The notes beneath the pieces are model-generated. The model was given only the letters and a program-made list of their open reading frames with translations. It did no database searches and was not told the origin of the DNA. From contig JARDVH010000031.1 of assembly GCA_030324005.1 (NCBI GenBank), positions 38,473,784 to 38,537,679 on the forward strand: a stretch of 63,896 nucleotides of DNA. Direction: 5' to 3'. Shown here piece by piece: positions 36,501-51,500 of the stretch. The translations under genes and the position numbers were made by a program. The stretch's first letter is position 1. Every line of letters starts with the position of its first letter. Origin of the DNA: Negaprion brevirostris (Eukaryota).

Positions 36501-39500
36501 TCGCTTATGTCATTCTATCGGTATTTATTTTTTAAGTTTACNNNNNNNNNNNNNNNNNNNNNNNNNNNNNNNNNNNNNNNNNNNNNNNNNNNNNNNNNNN
36601 NNNNNNNNNNNNNNNNNNNNNNNNNNNNNNNNNNNNNNNNNNNNNNNNNNNNNNNNNNNNNNNNNNNNNNNNNNNNNNNNNNNNNNNNNNNNNNNNNNNN
36701 NNNNNNNNNNNNNNNNNNNNNNNNNNNNNNNNNNNNNNNNNNNNNNNNNNNNNNNNNNNNNNNNNNNNNNNNNNNNNNNNNNNNNNNNNNNNNNNNNNNN
36801 NNNNNNNNNNNNNNNNNNNNNNNNNNNNNNNNNNNNNNNNNNNNNNNNNNNNNNNNNNNNNNNNNNNNNNNNNNNNNNNNNNNNNNNNNNNNNNNNNNNN
36901 NNNNNNNNNNNNNNNNNNNNNNNNNNNNNNNNNNNNNAGTCCAGGCCTTCTTTGCCAGCTGCATCCCGTATACTAACCCCACTCCCATACTGCCTCATCC
37001 CAGTACCCCAAGTGTCAATTTGCATGTTATATTGCATTTTCAGTACCTTTATAGGAGCCTGGGAATTCCAGGCTCCCCCAAGAATACAGGATATAATTTC
37101 CCTGCTCTTGTAACTACAAGACACTCAGATTCGAATGTGCCTTGCAACGCTGTCCATCAGTAGCCTGACAAACAGCACAACCTCAGATTTCTTAGGCCTT
37201 TTACGCAAATTTAACATTCTGGAATATGTCTCCAAATGTAACTAACCAACCAGAAACCTTCCTTTTTAAGCATATTCTGTCACCAGAATTGCATGATTGT
37301 TTCCAGGAGTTTAATCAATCAACATTCATGAAAATGAGAATTTCTATTAGAACTTCTAGTCATATTTGTAAAATTGAGTGTTCACTTTACTCCATGCATT
37401 TATAGGTAGATATAAAAAAAAGAACCAGTTCAGTAAAGCCATTCAGAGGTGAAAACCAATTTTCCTATTCCACTCTCACAAAATGATGTTAATTCTTAAT
37501 ACTCTCTGAAATGACCTTGCAAGCTTTTTAGCTATAAAACAACCACAATGAAGCAGACCAATAAGGGACAAACAAGAAATATTTGCCTGGACCCAGTCAG
37601 TAGGTTAGGCCAAAGCTCAGACAACCCAAGCCATTCAACCCTAGGAAAAGAAAACATTTTGCTGATCTCTGGGAACTGAGTGTTCCTGGGTATGTCTTAT
37701 CACATTTATTGAAGAGATCTATGGAATAGAGACTACTGGGAGCAGAGGCATAGTTGTAATACTTCTGGATTGGTAATCCACAGTCTTGGACTGATGTTCC
37801 AGAGATATGGGGCTGGATTTCCCAAATAGTACATGGTCCCATTTCTGGGACAGGAAACAGTTTCCAAGCCCATGCATCAACCGAGCCACCAGAAACAAGA
37901 AACGCACACCCCCTTCCCAGTCCTCCTCAATAACATCTGACAACTTAAGAATTGGAAGAGCTATCTCAATGACTGACCTATGCCACAGAAAGAGGAAATT
38001 CAGCTCATCAAGCCCGCATGCCAACAACAATCCCACCCAAACGCTATCCCCATAACCCCACGTATTTACCCTGCTAATCCCCCTGACACTCAGGGTAATT
38101 TAGCATGGCCAATCGACATAACCCACACATCTTTGTACTCTGGGAGGAAACTAGAGCACCCAGAGGAAACCCACGCAGACACAGGGAAAACGTGCAAAAT
38201 CCACACAGTCATCCAAGACTGGAATTGAACCCAGGCCCTTTGCACTATGAAGCAGCAACGCTAACCATCGTGCCACCATGCCACCCATGGTCATTCTCAG
38301 AGAATCATACCTTACAGCCAATGTCCGAGACTCCTCCACCATCATCCATGGGCATGTCCTGCCCCACCAACAGAACAGACCCATCAGAGATAACAGCACA
38401 GTGGTTTAGAGTCAGGAGGGAGCAGCCCTCAGATCCTCAATATTGACTCCAGACTGAAAGACATCATGGACAAGGAAACATCTTGCTGATTACCACCTAG
38501 TGCCCTCCCTCAGCTGAGAGATCAATGCTCCTTGATGTTGAAGATCAATTCAAAGAAGCATTGGGGTTGCAAGTGTACAGGATAAACCTAAATATGTAAC
38601 CTAGCCCATATTGTATTTCTTTTCAAATTATATAGCAGCTGATGATTTCCTCAGGGCATGGTGTAGAATTACACAGAATCTACAGTACAGAAACGATCTT
38701 ACACTGGCATTCATATTCCATACAAACCTCCTCTCACCCTGTTTAGTCTATCTAATCCTCATCTCACTAGATCATATCCTACTGTCCTCTTCACCCTAAT
38801 AAACTTATCTAGTCTCCCTTTAATTGCATCTGCGCCATTCAAGTACTTCACTGTATAGACAGAAAAAGTATCTTCCACACACTGAAGTAGACATATAGGC
38901 TTGTGGGTTGTCAGATACGACCACTAATAGTACTACTCCAGATCAATGATTACATTCCACAGGACCTGTCTGGAAATATTTAGCACCTGGCCACATTCAT
39001 CTCTGTAACTGCAACAATCTGTGCTCAATGAAAAAATTAACATGATATCTGAGGCGGAATTTTCCCATCCCACCTACCATGGGAATTGGAGTGGGCAGAA
39101 TAGGACCGTGCAAAGGATATTGGGCAGGATGTTCTGGTCTTGGGGTGGACATGGATGGAAAATCCCACCCTTGCTGTTATTTTGTTAAGGAAATTACAGG
39201 GATTTGTGTACTTCTGTGTGCACCTGTGTCTCTTTCAGGATCAATAATTCATATAGTACCAGCATGTTAGATTCTAACTTCCCATGATTAGATTTGCCAA
39301 ATGATTCTCTAGTAAATAATCTGTATTTTGAAAACAGTGCTTTAAATATTTTGAAAATGTTTCACATGGTGTTTTAAATAAAGGATTTGTTAAATTATCC
39401 TGAATAAAGCATTGTGGATTTTCTTTCATTTTAGGTTCATTGGTTTAAGGACGGTGTTGAAGTGAGAAAAGGCAAAAAGTATGACATTGTTGCTAAAGGC

Positions 39501-42500
39501 AAGGAGAGGATGCTTATCATTCACAAAAGCAGCTTTGATGATGAAGCTGAATATGAATGTGATGCAAGGACAGCTAAAACCTCAGGATTGCTTACAGTTT
39601 TAGGTAATCAATCAGATCAGAGCGGTACATAGTTTTATTTTTCAGGAACATGTTTTAGACATTATTGATCCATTTGTACTGACATATGATGCCATGTTTT
39701 GCAGAAGAGGACGCTGTCTTCACAAAGAACCTTACAGATGCAGATGTTACCGAGACAGATAGCATTAAATTAATTTGTGAAGTTTCGAAACCAAATGCTG
39801 ATGTAAGATGGTATAAGGGAGACACAGAGTTGCCTGAAATTGGTCAATATGAACAACTTACAGATGGCAAAAAGCGCATTTTAGTAATTCAGAACACCAA
39901 CCTAGATAATTCTGGGGAATATAATTGCAGACTTCCAACTGCTCGGACTTCATGTGAACTGAAAGTTCATGGTATGTACGGTGGTCTATTCTGTTATGAG
40001 TTTGTTTTATACGGCCATGTCGTAACTTTATCCAATGTTAATTATCCTCTTGTCTTTATTACAGAATTGGCAGCAGAGTTTATTTCTCGACCACAGAATC
40101 TGGAGGTAGTAGAAGGAGACAAAGCAGAGTTTGTCTGTTCGGTATCAAAGGAGACCTACGAAGTGAAATGGCTTAAAGGTGGCAAAGAGCTTGTATCAGA
40201 TGATAAATATGAAATCGCATCTGATGGCAAAAAGCGAATGCTCATTATCAAGGACTCCATACCAAAAGATGAAGGAACTTATGTTGCCATGATTGGTACC
40301 TCAAAAGCACCAGCAGAACTGACAGTTATTGGTAGGTCATGTGAACTAAATTGTATACGTACAAACAGGTTCACAGGAAATAGAAGCATTGCATGTGCAC
40401 TGTCAAATTACATTGAATGTTGCTGAAAAGACAGACAAGTTACTGAAGCATTTTGTTCATCAAGAATAAATGCAAAAATGACAAATTTCAAAAAGTCATT
40501 TGAAATTTGGCATTCTTGTGTTTGTTCTGATGAGTGCAAAACAAAATGCTTCAGCATTATGTTTCTCTTTTCAGCAATATTCACGTTCTGTACTATCAAA
40601 CAATATATCAAATTATATTACTTTAAATATATAATTAAAAAGAAAAACCTATAAACAGGTATGTTAACTCCCATCATCTTGCAAAAGCAGGAGCAGTAAT
40701 GGATTAGGGTGGTGCATGTAATGCTCCATTTGCATGCTGTATCACCTCACACACCCCCCACCCCTCTCCCCCCAAGCTTCCTGCTGGGTGGCTGAGGCAT
40801 ATTGTCTAAATCAAACAGAAGCCACGTTTGTTTTACTAAATCTGCACACTATTTCTTACAGGGGCTGATTAGCCCAGTTGGCTAGATGGCTAATGTGTGA
40901 TTCAGAATAATGCCAGTGGCACTGGCTTGATTTTCATTCTGCCCGAGGTTGATTTGGGGGACCTGTCTCCTTGTTCCACTCCTGAGAGTGGAAAGCAAAC
41001 CATGATTGGCAAAAAGTACCAAGAAAATGGGTCAGGTGAAGCATCAGCAGACATGAGCCAATGACTTGCCTTTGGGCAGAGCATACATCTTGACAATTTC
41101 CTCTGTAGGACACTGATGCCATTTTAACTGCCTGCTGACAGAGCAATGGATGCTCTATTTGACTTCACTTTGACTTGACAAGCTGCATCGAGATGGCAAT
41201 TTAAAGCTTGCAAGTCACTGCATGCATCTTGGTGAAATCAAGCCCTGGAAATGGGCACTATCAGATGCTCAGACAATAGTCAGCTACCAGATTTTTAAAA
41301 GCAGCCCTTGATGTAAAATTCCTGGTGTGTTTCTTGCATTATTTCAGATGTTATTTTCCTGACGGAACTTAAATAATTCAAGAATGTGAAAATATCAGGT
41401 CAAAGGAAGTTAATTTTGAGTTTGAAATGCAATTAAGGGTGATATTAATGCTACATATCCAGGCATTCTTGGTTCCCTGTCTGAGATTTTTAAGGCGCTG
41501 GAATTAGAGGCTAAGGTCAGCAGGGGATTGATTATTAGCACAGTGCTTTTTTTTTTGTCTTTCTTGGAGTAGTATGTTTAATTTCAAGCTTATGAACGTT
41601 GTAAGTCACCGAGACTAGCCCAAGGCCCCAAGTTAGGAAATGTCACTTCAATTATTGGTGTATCCCACCCTTAATAATAATGTTGAGGGAAAACTTGCTT
41701 TCCCCAAATAGACAACTTCATGCAAAAGTATGTAGACTTCAACTATTTTATTGTTTTGAATAAACTTGTTTCCTTTCTCAGAACGTCTTAGGATAATAAC
41801 TCCGATCAAAGACCAGCTCGTCACAGAAGGACAAGAAATTGTGTTTAATTGTGAAGTTAACACGGAAGGTGCCAGAGCAAAATGGTTCAGAAATGACGAA
41901 ACTATCTTTGATAGTCCAAAATATATCATGGTCCAGAAAGACTTGGTCTTTACTCTCAGAGTCAGGGATTCACAAAAGGAGGATCAAGGAACGTACTTAA
42001 TTGCACTAACAAATAATAGAGCTGAACATGCAAAATGTTCAGCAACATTAGAAGTACAAGGTAAGAGCAATTTCTTGGATGTTAAACAGTTGCACGTACA
42101 TTATGTTAAGTAAAGTGGCACAAATATTACATAACTCTTTTTCATCTTTGCAGAGGAGGAACTGAAAATCATTGAACCTCTTGAGGATTGTGAAACAATG
42201 GAGAAGAAGTCTGTAACTTTCTGCTGCAAAGTGAACCGTGAAAATGCGACACTAAAATGGATGAAAAATGGAGAGGAAATCACACTTGACAAACAATTTG
42301 TGTACAAAATTGACAAGAAAAAGCATTCTCTTACAATTAGAAATTGTGCATTCAAAGATGAAGGTGAATACACTGTAATTGCCGGACATGACAAATCAGT
42401 TGCTGAACTTCTTATCACAGAAGCACCAGCAGATTTCGTAGAGCATATTCAAGATCAGACTGTCATTGAGTTTGAAGATGCCATCTTTTCATGTCAACTG

Positions 42501-45500
42501 TCTAAGGAAAAAGCTGCAGTAAAATGGTACAGGAATGGCAGAGAGCTCAGGGAAAGCAAGAAGTATGTTTTGTTTCTTTTTACTTTCATTCATAAGAGTT
42601 TCATATATGATATATGCATAATATATAACATATGTATCATTCATAATCTTGTCATGTTGCCAGGTATCAGTTTGAAAAGGATGGTAGTTTGCGCAGACTT
42701 ATTATAAGGGAATGTCGACCAGAAGATGAATGTGAATATTCCTGTGGTGTTGAAGACAGACGTTCAAGGGCTAGATTGTTTGTTGAAGGCAAGTGCTGAT
42801 TTAGAAAAACAAGCATACTATGATTTTAATAATTCAGGAAATGTGAGCTAATTATTATTTTTCTCTTTCCAGAAATCCCAGTTGAGATCATTAGGCCGCC
42901 ATTGGATGTCTTTGAAGCTCCAGAATCAGATGTTATTTTTGAAGCTGAATTGAACAAAGACAAAGTTGAAGTCAAATGGCTCAGGAACAATATGATAATT
43001 GTTCAGGGTGATAAACATCAAATGATGAGTGAAGGAAAGATACACCGATTGCAGGTTTGTGACATCAGACCACGTGACCAGGGTGAATACAGATTCATTG
43101 CCAAGGATAAAGATGCAAGAGCTAAACTGGAACTTGCAGGTAAGTCAGTTTAAATTCTTTGAGCATTGTTGAGACATATTTCCTATCACTAGGAGCTGTG
43201 CTGAGAATTTGACATATTCGCAACTTGTGAATCTTTTCATTGTAGCGGTACCAGTAATCAAGCTGACAGATCTGAACCTCGTGATCGATGCTGGAAAGCC
43301 GTTCACGATGACACTGCCATATGATGCTTACCCACGTGGTGAAGCTGAATGGTTCAAGGAAGACACTGCTACTGCTGAGTATGTCAGTCTGCCCAAACGG
43401 AACATTGACACAACTGCAGAAATCACAAATTATAGACTTTTTGATCCAAAGAGAACTGACAGAGGAAGATACAAGATTGTGATTCAGAATAAACATGGAA
43501 AGGGTGAAGCATTTATAAATTTGGATGTTATTGGTAAGTATCCTTTGTTACACATATGTTTTATAACTGTGTTATTGTGAAAACTGTTCTTAAATTTTTT
43601 TCTAAAATGTGCTTCCTGAAACAATATCACCTTTCCGAATTTACAGATGTGCCTGGCCCAATCAAGAATTTGAATGTAGTAGACACTTGCGATGGTGAGG
43701 TCAGCCTTGCTTGGGATGAACCTGACACTGATGGTGGTAGCAAAATCCTTGGCTATGTAGTAGAACGACGTGATGTGTTGCGCAAAACATGGACCTTAGT
43801 TACTGATCGTGCTGACAATACTGAATTCACCGTGACTGGTCTCCAAAAAGGAGTAGAGTATCTATTCCGTGTCAGTGCAAGGAACAGAATAGGCACAGGT
43901 GAACCTGTGGAAACTGATAAACCTGTTGAAGCTAAGAATAAGTTTAGTAAGTATCAGATTGTCTTCATTCACTAATTTAAGCTCTGAAATCCAATTCATT
44001 GCTATGGGTCAGTGTCAGAAAATAAGAATATTACTTCCTTTTTCCACCAGGTGTACCTGATGCACCACTGAACGTCCAAGTAAAAAACGTGAACAAATTT
44101 GGTGCCACCATTACATGGGAACCACCAGAATATGATGGTGGATCAGAAATCACAAACTATGTTATTGAGTTACGTGACAGAACCTCTGTCAAATGGGAAC
44201 CAGCTATGACAACCAGAGCAGATGAACTCACCGCTCAGCTGAATGATGTAGTAGAAAACAGAGAGTATATATTCCGTGTCAGAGCAGAAAACAAAGCCGG
44301 CGTAGGAAAGCCCAGCGCAGTTTCACATCCTGTGAAGATCATGGATCCAATATGTTAGTATCGGATCAAAAATATGTGTATTTGTAGTAAATGTTCTTCA
44401 ATGTTTATGTTTGTACGTTCCCTCATACGATTTCTCCTTTTTTCAGACAAGCCAAGTCCACCTATTGAATTTGCTCATTCAAAGCAAACCAAAGAATCTG
44501 TGCAGTTGAAATGGGAACCTCCTCTAAAGGATGGAGGAAGTCCAATACAGGGCTACATTGTTGAATTATGTGAAGAGGGCACAGATAAATGGAAACCCTG
44601 CAATATAAGACTTATTCCTGAAACAACTTTCAAGGTTATTATCTCTTGTGTAATTAATTTGTTAAGAATACCCCTGATGACCTAATAAGAGCTAGAGGCA
44701 ACTGCTTTCCTAATGGTTACTTTAGAGGTGCAATTCACCCACAATCCATCACCAAGTCACAGTTTAATTGTCAGCTGATGGTAATAGTCCCTGGGCAGCT
44801 GATTTTCCTGGACCTGTGATGTGCTCGGTGAGATTCATGAAATAGTGTTTCAAGTAGGAGGTGTTAATCAGCATTAAGTTTCATTCACAACTTCAGTGCA
44901 GATTTTTTGTGAATGGATTTGCAAATTTGGTACATGGTATCTGTACCATTCAGTGCAGCATTGGACTAACTGATGGGTCACATGTTTAGGGGACATCAAG
45001 GACATGCTTTCTCTTCACATGATTGTGCATAGGAACTCAGCCAGAGAATATGTGCTTTGTTGCTAGGTCATATGGAGAGTTTAAAAATCAATGGTTTTAA
45101 GTTTATTTATCATTGTCACAAGTAGGCTTACATCAATACTGCAATGAAGTTACTGTGAAAATTCCCCATTTGCTACACTCCAGCATCTGTTTGGGTACAC
45201 TGAGGGAGAGCTAGCATGGCCAATGCACTTAACCAGCATGTCTTTCGGACTGCGGGAAGAAACTGGAGCACCCAGAAACGCATGCAGACACAAGGAGAAT
45301 GTGCAGGCTCCACACAGACAGTGACCCAAGCTGGGAATCGAACCTGGGTCCCTGGCGCCGTGAGGCAGTAGTGCTAACCACTGGTTCTTGAGTTCTGAAC
45401 AATACTGTTGATAATCTTGAATCAACCACATGGTACAGGACTGGATTGACAGAAGCCAGACTAGGTAGGGTTGCAGGTTCACAAATATTTGAAGATGAGA

Positions 45501-48500
45501 TTTCTTTGAAATCATTTCTTCAGGAATAAAGATTTACAGGATTTTATGTAGGATAGGATGTAGGTCAGAAAATTCTGAAAGAACTGAGGTTTGTCAAGGA
45601 TGGACTTCAGGGAATTAGTGAAGAAAGCATTAGAGAAATGAAGGCTTGAGGTGTTGAAGGATTTCACAATAATTTTATTACTGATATGGATGATAAGATA
45701 GACAAGATAGAAATTAGACTCTATACTCTAACTGGGAGTGAGTGGATGAAGAGACAGACAGAGAACTGGATATTGATAACTTCTGAAGAGAAAATGGAGA
45801 TAGATGATGGAGAAAGTTCAGAGGAATCAAGATAGGTTGAGTTTTGATAGATATTTATTGTTTTAACTCTAAAATATTTGTGACCTTATACTTGCTGATG
45901 GTTGAAAAAATGTGCTCAGAATACTTGTACTGTTTTATATTACACAGCTTTTCATTTTTGTCATTCCAGGTTACTGGTCTGAAACCAGGAGTGAAATATT
46001 ATTATCGGGTATCGGCAGAAAATGCAGCAGGTGTTTCAGATCCAGCTGATGCCCTTGGCCCACTAACAGCTGATGATCCTCATGGTAATGGAAGTCCTTT
46101 TCTAAATACAAATATATTAAAGGCTACAAAATTGAGCTTTTTAAAAAAATTATGATATTTATAGCTTTTGAAGACTGATTGCACTTATCTCTTTCAGTGG
46201 CTCCTACCCTTGACCTGAGCGCATTCAAAGATGGTCTTGAGGTCATTGTTCCAGAACCACTTAAGATTCGCGTTCCTATCACTGGCTACCCTATACCCAC
46301 TGCAAAGTGGGCTAAGGATGAAACACCTATTGAAAGTAGTGATCGTGCGAAGATGCAAACAACTGCTGCATATACACTATTGGTCATTTCTCGCAGTGAG
46401 CGCCCTGATAAGGGACTATACAGCTTGACACTGGAAAACGATGTGTCGTCTGTCTCAGGAGAAATTAAAGTGAATGTAATTGGTAAGTATCTGAATATTT
46501 TCAAAAAAATAAACATTTTAATTAATTGTTCCAAGAGAATTTCACGATAGTTTGTATTTATGTATCACCTTTAACACTGAAAACATCTCAAGACTCTTAA
46601 CAAAGACAGGAAGAAAATAAATACATTATGTGGGCATGTGCCATGCCTTCAACCTGCAAGTTAGGAGAAGTAATTGAAAACGTAATTAAAAGGACGGGTT
46701 TTGAAAAGGTTTTTAAGGATTGGGAAAAAAAGCAAAGACGAGAAAAGATTTAAGGAAAGCATTTCAGAAAGTGGGGTTAAACCACCTGAAGGTGCTGAAA
46801 GTAATGATGAACTAAAGGGACTTCAAAAAAAGGAGAAAGCGAGATACAAATGGTCAGCGAGAACGACTGACTGATAAAGAAAGAGTTCTAATCCTTGGAG
46901 AAATTGCAGAATAGGACATGCAAAGCTGTGGAAGAATTTGAAAAATGGGATCGTTATTTTAAATTGCATGCATAATACAATCATGGAATCAGAGTTTGTC
47001 AGAAATGCTGTGGATGATGGAAGAGTGCAGTTGATTACTGGATAGGAAGTTGTTTTTCACAAGTTGGATGGTACAGAGGGTGAGGAGTGGAAGATTGGCA
47101 TAAAGAGATCATCAAAAGAGTGAGCCTAGAAGTATGGCGAAGGAGTTCAACAGGAGTAAATAGACGTGGAGATAAGCAATGTTGAATCAAGTGGTCTTGC
47201 TGGCATTGTAAGAATGGATACTAGTATGAAGCTCAGCTCCAGATCAAATGTGATGGTGGCTTTTCACAGCCAAGGTGCCTTGAGAGGAGAAAGGAATCAG
47301 TAACAAGGGCGTTTATGACATGGCTATAAAACAACAAAATTATAAGACATTTAATTCTTCACTGTTTTAACTTCACAGAACGCCCAAGTGCACCAAAAGA
47401 CTTGAAAGTGTCAGAAATTGGTCGAAATACAGTACATTTGATGTGGGAGATACCAGATAATGATGGTGGAAGTCCATTGACTGGATATCTTGTTGAAAAA
47501 CGTGAAGTTAACCGCAAGACTTGGACCAAAGTAAGTCATGAACCACACTGGTCTAATTTTACATTTGGTACAAACCCACAAATGTTGAACTTGCAGTTCA
47601 AAATTGTCACCCACTATCATTAAAGTTGCTAATTTAGACTGGAAACAAAGTAATTGCTGCCTATTTGGAAAAATGATTTTTGTAAGTTATAAGTTCAGAG
47701 ACTGAGATACTGAAGGAAACAAACAAGAATAGAGCTGTTCAGATGTCAGTACAACTGCTGCTCCATTATTACTAAGAACAAATAACAATACAGCACAAGA
47801 ACGGCCCACCAAACCTGCACCGATTCCTAGTCCTTACATAGACATTATTGCCCATATTGCTATGTAGTATATGTAACTAAACATAGACGTCAATCCTATG
47901 TCCGTACCATTCTGCACAGTAAATGTTCACTATAGATTTAAGCCGTTCCTTCAAATTCTTATGCAGAATTTTCTGTTTTCTTTGAGTCCTTGTATTACGT
48001 TTCTCCAGTCAAATCAGTTTTCAAAACTCCTTGGGAGCACTAATTTCCCCAGTGATGTGGGAAGGAGAGGACAGGCAAGTCAGGCTTTTGCCCTTTCAGT
48101 TTGTTTTGGAATGTCTCAGGTTCTTCATACAGGCAATGCTAAGCCTATACTTACTATCATCAGAGGATCAGATCAAGCCACGGCAATGAGGTGGGTGCTA
48201 ACAGCCCACTTACCTCATTTTTTTCTAAAAAGAAAATCAGTTTTATACTGGTGTGAATTTCCCATGGAATCTTCCACTGCTGCCCACCGTGGCAGATCGG
48301 GAAGCCTGCTGGTGGCTGGCATGAAACGGATTTGTGTCCTGCTAATGGGATGTATATGAAGCCCTGACCAGAGTCTTCTCGCCCACTCTCGACTCTCTGT
48401 GAAGCTAATGGGAAAGCAGGCCGGTTTAGAACATGACTGAAATAATGTGGAGTGCAGAAGTTGGGAATTACCTGAAAAATGATTGGTGTTATCCCTGGAG

Positions 48501-51500
48501 TTTGGGGTGGAGACCATCAGCGACCCTGGACCCTGAAGTACCACAGCAGTGGGTAGGAGGAAGCATCTATTAGGGGGATCATCCAGCTTCAGTGTTATTG
48601 AGAAGGTCCATCTTCTCGCCTCAGCATCTTCCTGAAGATCCATCTTCATTCTCAGGAGGTCCATCTTCTTTGTTCAATGATGGGTCAGTGCTTTTGGATG
48701 TCTTTTAAATATNNNNNNNNNNTCCAGGTATAATAGCGGGACACGTACAATCAAGCACATTCAGCCATGGACTATGGTGCAAAACGTTGGATGCATATGT
48801 AATGAGATCAGGGCTGAAAGGTTTCCCACCAGCCTTTGCAATGGGAATCACTCCCTATCCCCGCCTCCACCATGGAACTTAGTCCCAGATTGGAGAATTC
48901 TCCCTTTGTCTTCACCAGCCTCTCACTGCCTGGAACCCTTCTCATGGCTGTTCCCCAATGGCCTCTCCAGGGGCTAATGCGAGATCTGCAGTTAAGATAT
49001 GTGATGAAGCTGCTTGTCAAACAAGTTCTTCAAACTTTTATACATAATTGATGATAGGAAAAAGAGGATTTTGCTGTGTTTAAGAAAGAGGTGGCAGTAT
49101 TTTTATGTTTTCGATTTATTAACATTAATGGATCATCATATTCTCCCATTTCTAGGTTATTGAGGGAGTGCAAGATTTGGAATTTACTGTCCCTGACCTC
49201 TTCCAAGGAAGAGACTACCTATTTAGAGTTTCTGCCTGTAACAAATGTGGTCCAGGGGAACCTGCATATATTGATGAACCTGTTAATGTGTCTGCACCAG
49301 CAAGTAAGTATTTAGCTATGTTAATCATCCAGCTGGAATGGTAGCTTATTTCCTTTGTAAATAAAGCCAAATAGATCTATTTGATTCATTTTTAAATGTA
49401 TGCAGTATAGTCACTCTTTAAATATTTCATAGTGTTTCATTAGTCACATACTAAAATATATCATGTTAAAACATTTGTATTGAAAGAAGTTGCATTGCAA
49501 GCTCAGATCTTTCCAAAAATGACTTAGCAAGCATTTTCATAGAACAGCTGTATAAAGTTGAGATGTAATTTAAGCTAAGCATGTTTCCTTCTCCACTCTC
49601 TTAATGGATGAATTTTTCTGGTTTTTTTCCAATATTGTCTCAGGTGAGAAAATCAGTATGCATCCTGTCAGCTGCATTGCTGGTTTTTCCTGCCAAACTT
49701 TTAAATATTTGGGGAACAAAAATGTTAGTGGCATATCCCATGCCATCATGCTGGTGGAGCAGGCTCTGAATGAACCCACAGTGTCTCCCCAATCTAAAAA
49801 AACAATAAGGAAAGGATCCCCTTAATGCACATGGGACCCCCGTCCACAGACACATTCCCCCCCCACACCTCTGGGAACACTCCCTCCTGAACCTCCCCAA
49901 TGGAAGCACTTCTGGGCACTGCCCCTGCATTCATGGGCAGTCCCAGGGTACTGCCCAAGCATGACCCTCTCCCCACTGGGGACACTACTCACCTGAGTGC
50001 CCCTAGCAGAGACTATTTGCCAGGATCCTGTTTTACAAAAGCTGTGGTAAACATTGGCATGAGGGGAGTCCTAATTTGGGGGATAATAGAGCAGGGAAGC
50101 CTGCTAATGGTATTAAAATGTATGGTAATGGGTTTCCCATCATTGCATGACGGGAACTTTGTTACATTGTTGGTGGGGAGGCAGGGACAGTCCAGTTAGG
50201 AAATCCATTTTGGGGTTCCTGCTGGATTTTCTGACCCACCAAGATTCCTGCCTGCAGAAAACAGGGGAAGAAAATCCCAGGTGATGTTTTCCCATCTGGA
50301 TCATCTGTGGATTTCCTTTGGCTGGCATCAATTATTCTTTCAGTCAGGTACCTTCCCCTATTTTGGGGAAGATGCCTGTGCAAACACAAAGTTTTTCAAT
50401 GATGGGCATTCAACTACTTGACTTCTCTTTTTCACCTCCCTTCCCTTTCCCTTCTCGTGTAGATCTCAGTCACAGCTGAGGTCTAACAGGGTGCCAATCT
50501 TCTACCTTCTTTAGCAGCCTCTTGGGCTGTGGCAGTAGCCCTACCATGAGCCTGCCATAATTTGACTTGTGAAATCACTTTGGTGGTGATGATGGCTGGA
50601 GCTTAAGTCATGTCCTACTGCAACATTGACTGGAAGGAAAATCCCACCTTTTGAACAGGATTTGCCAGCCCTGCCTGCCTCCACGATTGTCTGCCAAACC
50701 TTTTGGCTAGGCCACTGAATCTCCTGCAGATGCCTCCCCCACAACGAAGCGGGAAAGTCCCAGCCTATTGTGACTCACATTCATTAATCCTACCAATCCC
50801 CATATATTTCACAAAATTATCATTCAGAGAATCGAACATCATTTGCATTGAACCATTTGAGCTGTATTAGCATCAAACATAAACTGATTTAGACCCTTTG
50901 AGGAAATTTGTCTTAAGTATGTTTGATGAGTTTTTTTTAAAATTTTTGGACTGTAGGTTTTAATTTGTAATTCTGCATTTCACAGCTGTTCCAGATCCTC
51001 CAGAAAATGTCAGATGGAGGAACCCATCTTCCAAAGGAATCTTCCTTACATGGGAGCCACCGAAATATGATGGAGGCTCCAGAATTAAAGGATATATGGT
51101 AGAAAAATGCCAACGTGGTGCTGAGAAGTGGGAGCTCTGTGGAGACTCAGTCAATGAATTGAAGTGAGTTTTGTATTTAATTTTCTGATGTTTTCTATGT
51201 CTTCAATAGTACACAGTAAATACTTAAACTGCTGATATGTTAAACAGGATGGAAGTGACCGGTCTCAATGAAGGGGAATGGTATTCATACCGTGTTAAAG
51301 CTTTGAACAAACAAGGGGCCAGCAAACCAAGTAAACCCACAGATGATATACAAGCAATTGATCCAAAAGGTGCATTGTTATTGATATAAATGTATTGTTC
51401 CAAAGCTGTATCATTTTAACAAGCTTTATTCAAATATTTCAGACCTATTGAAAATGTTGATAGATTTATTTCACAAATATGCTCATTATGTTAAACTTTG

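Noticed and set aside
36435-37163. Long ORFs on both strands
   Set aside because: Produced by the 396-N gap
40600-40800. AT-rich plus CACCC-rich stretch before I101 as an internal promoter
   Set aside because: No consensus MEF2/CArG site and no in-frame ATG into the next exon; the I96 intron fits much better
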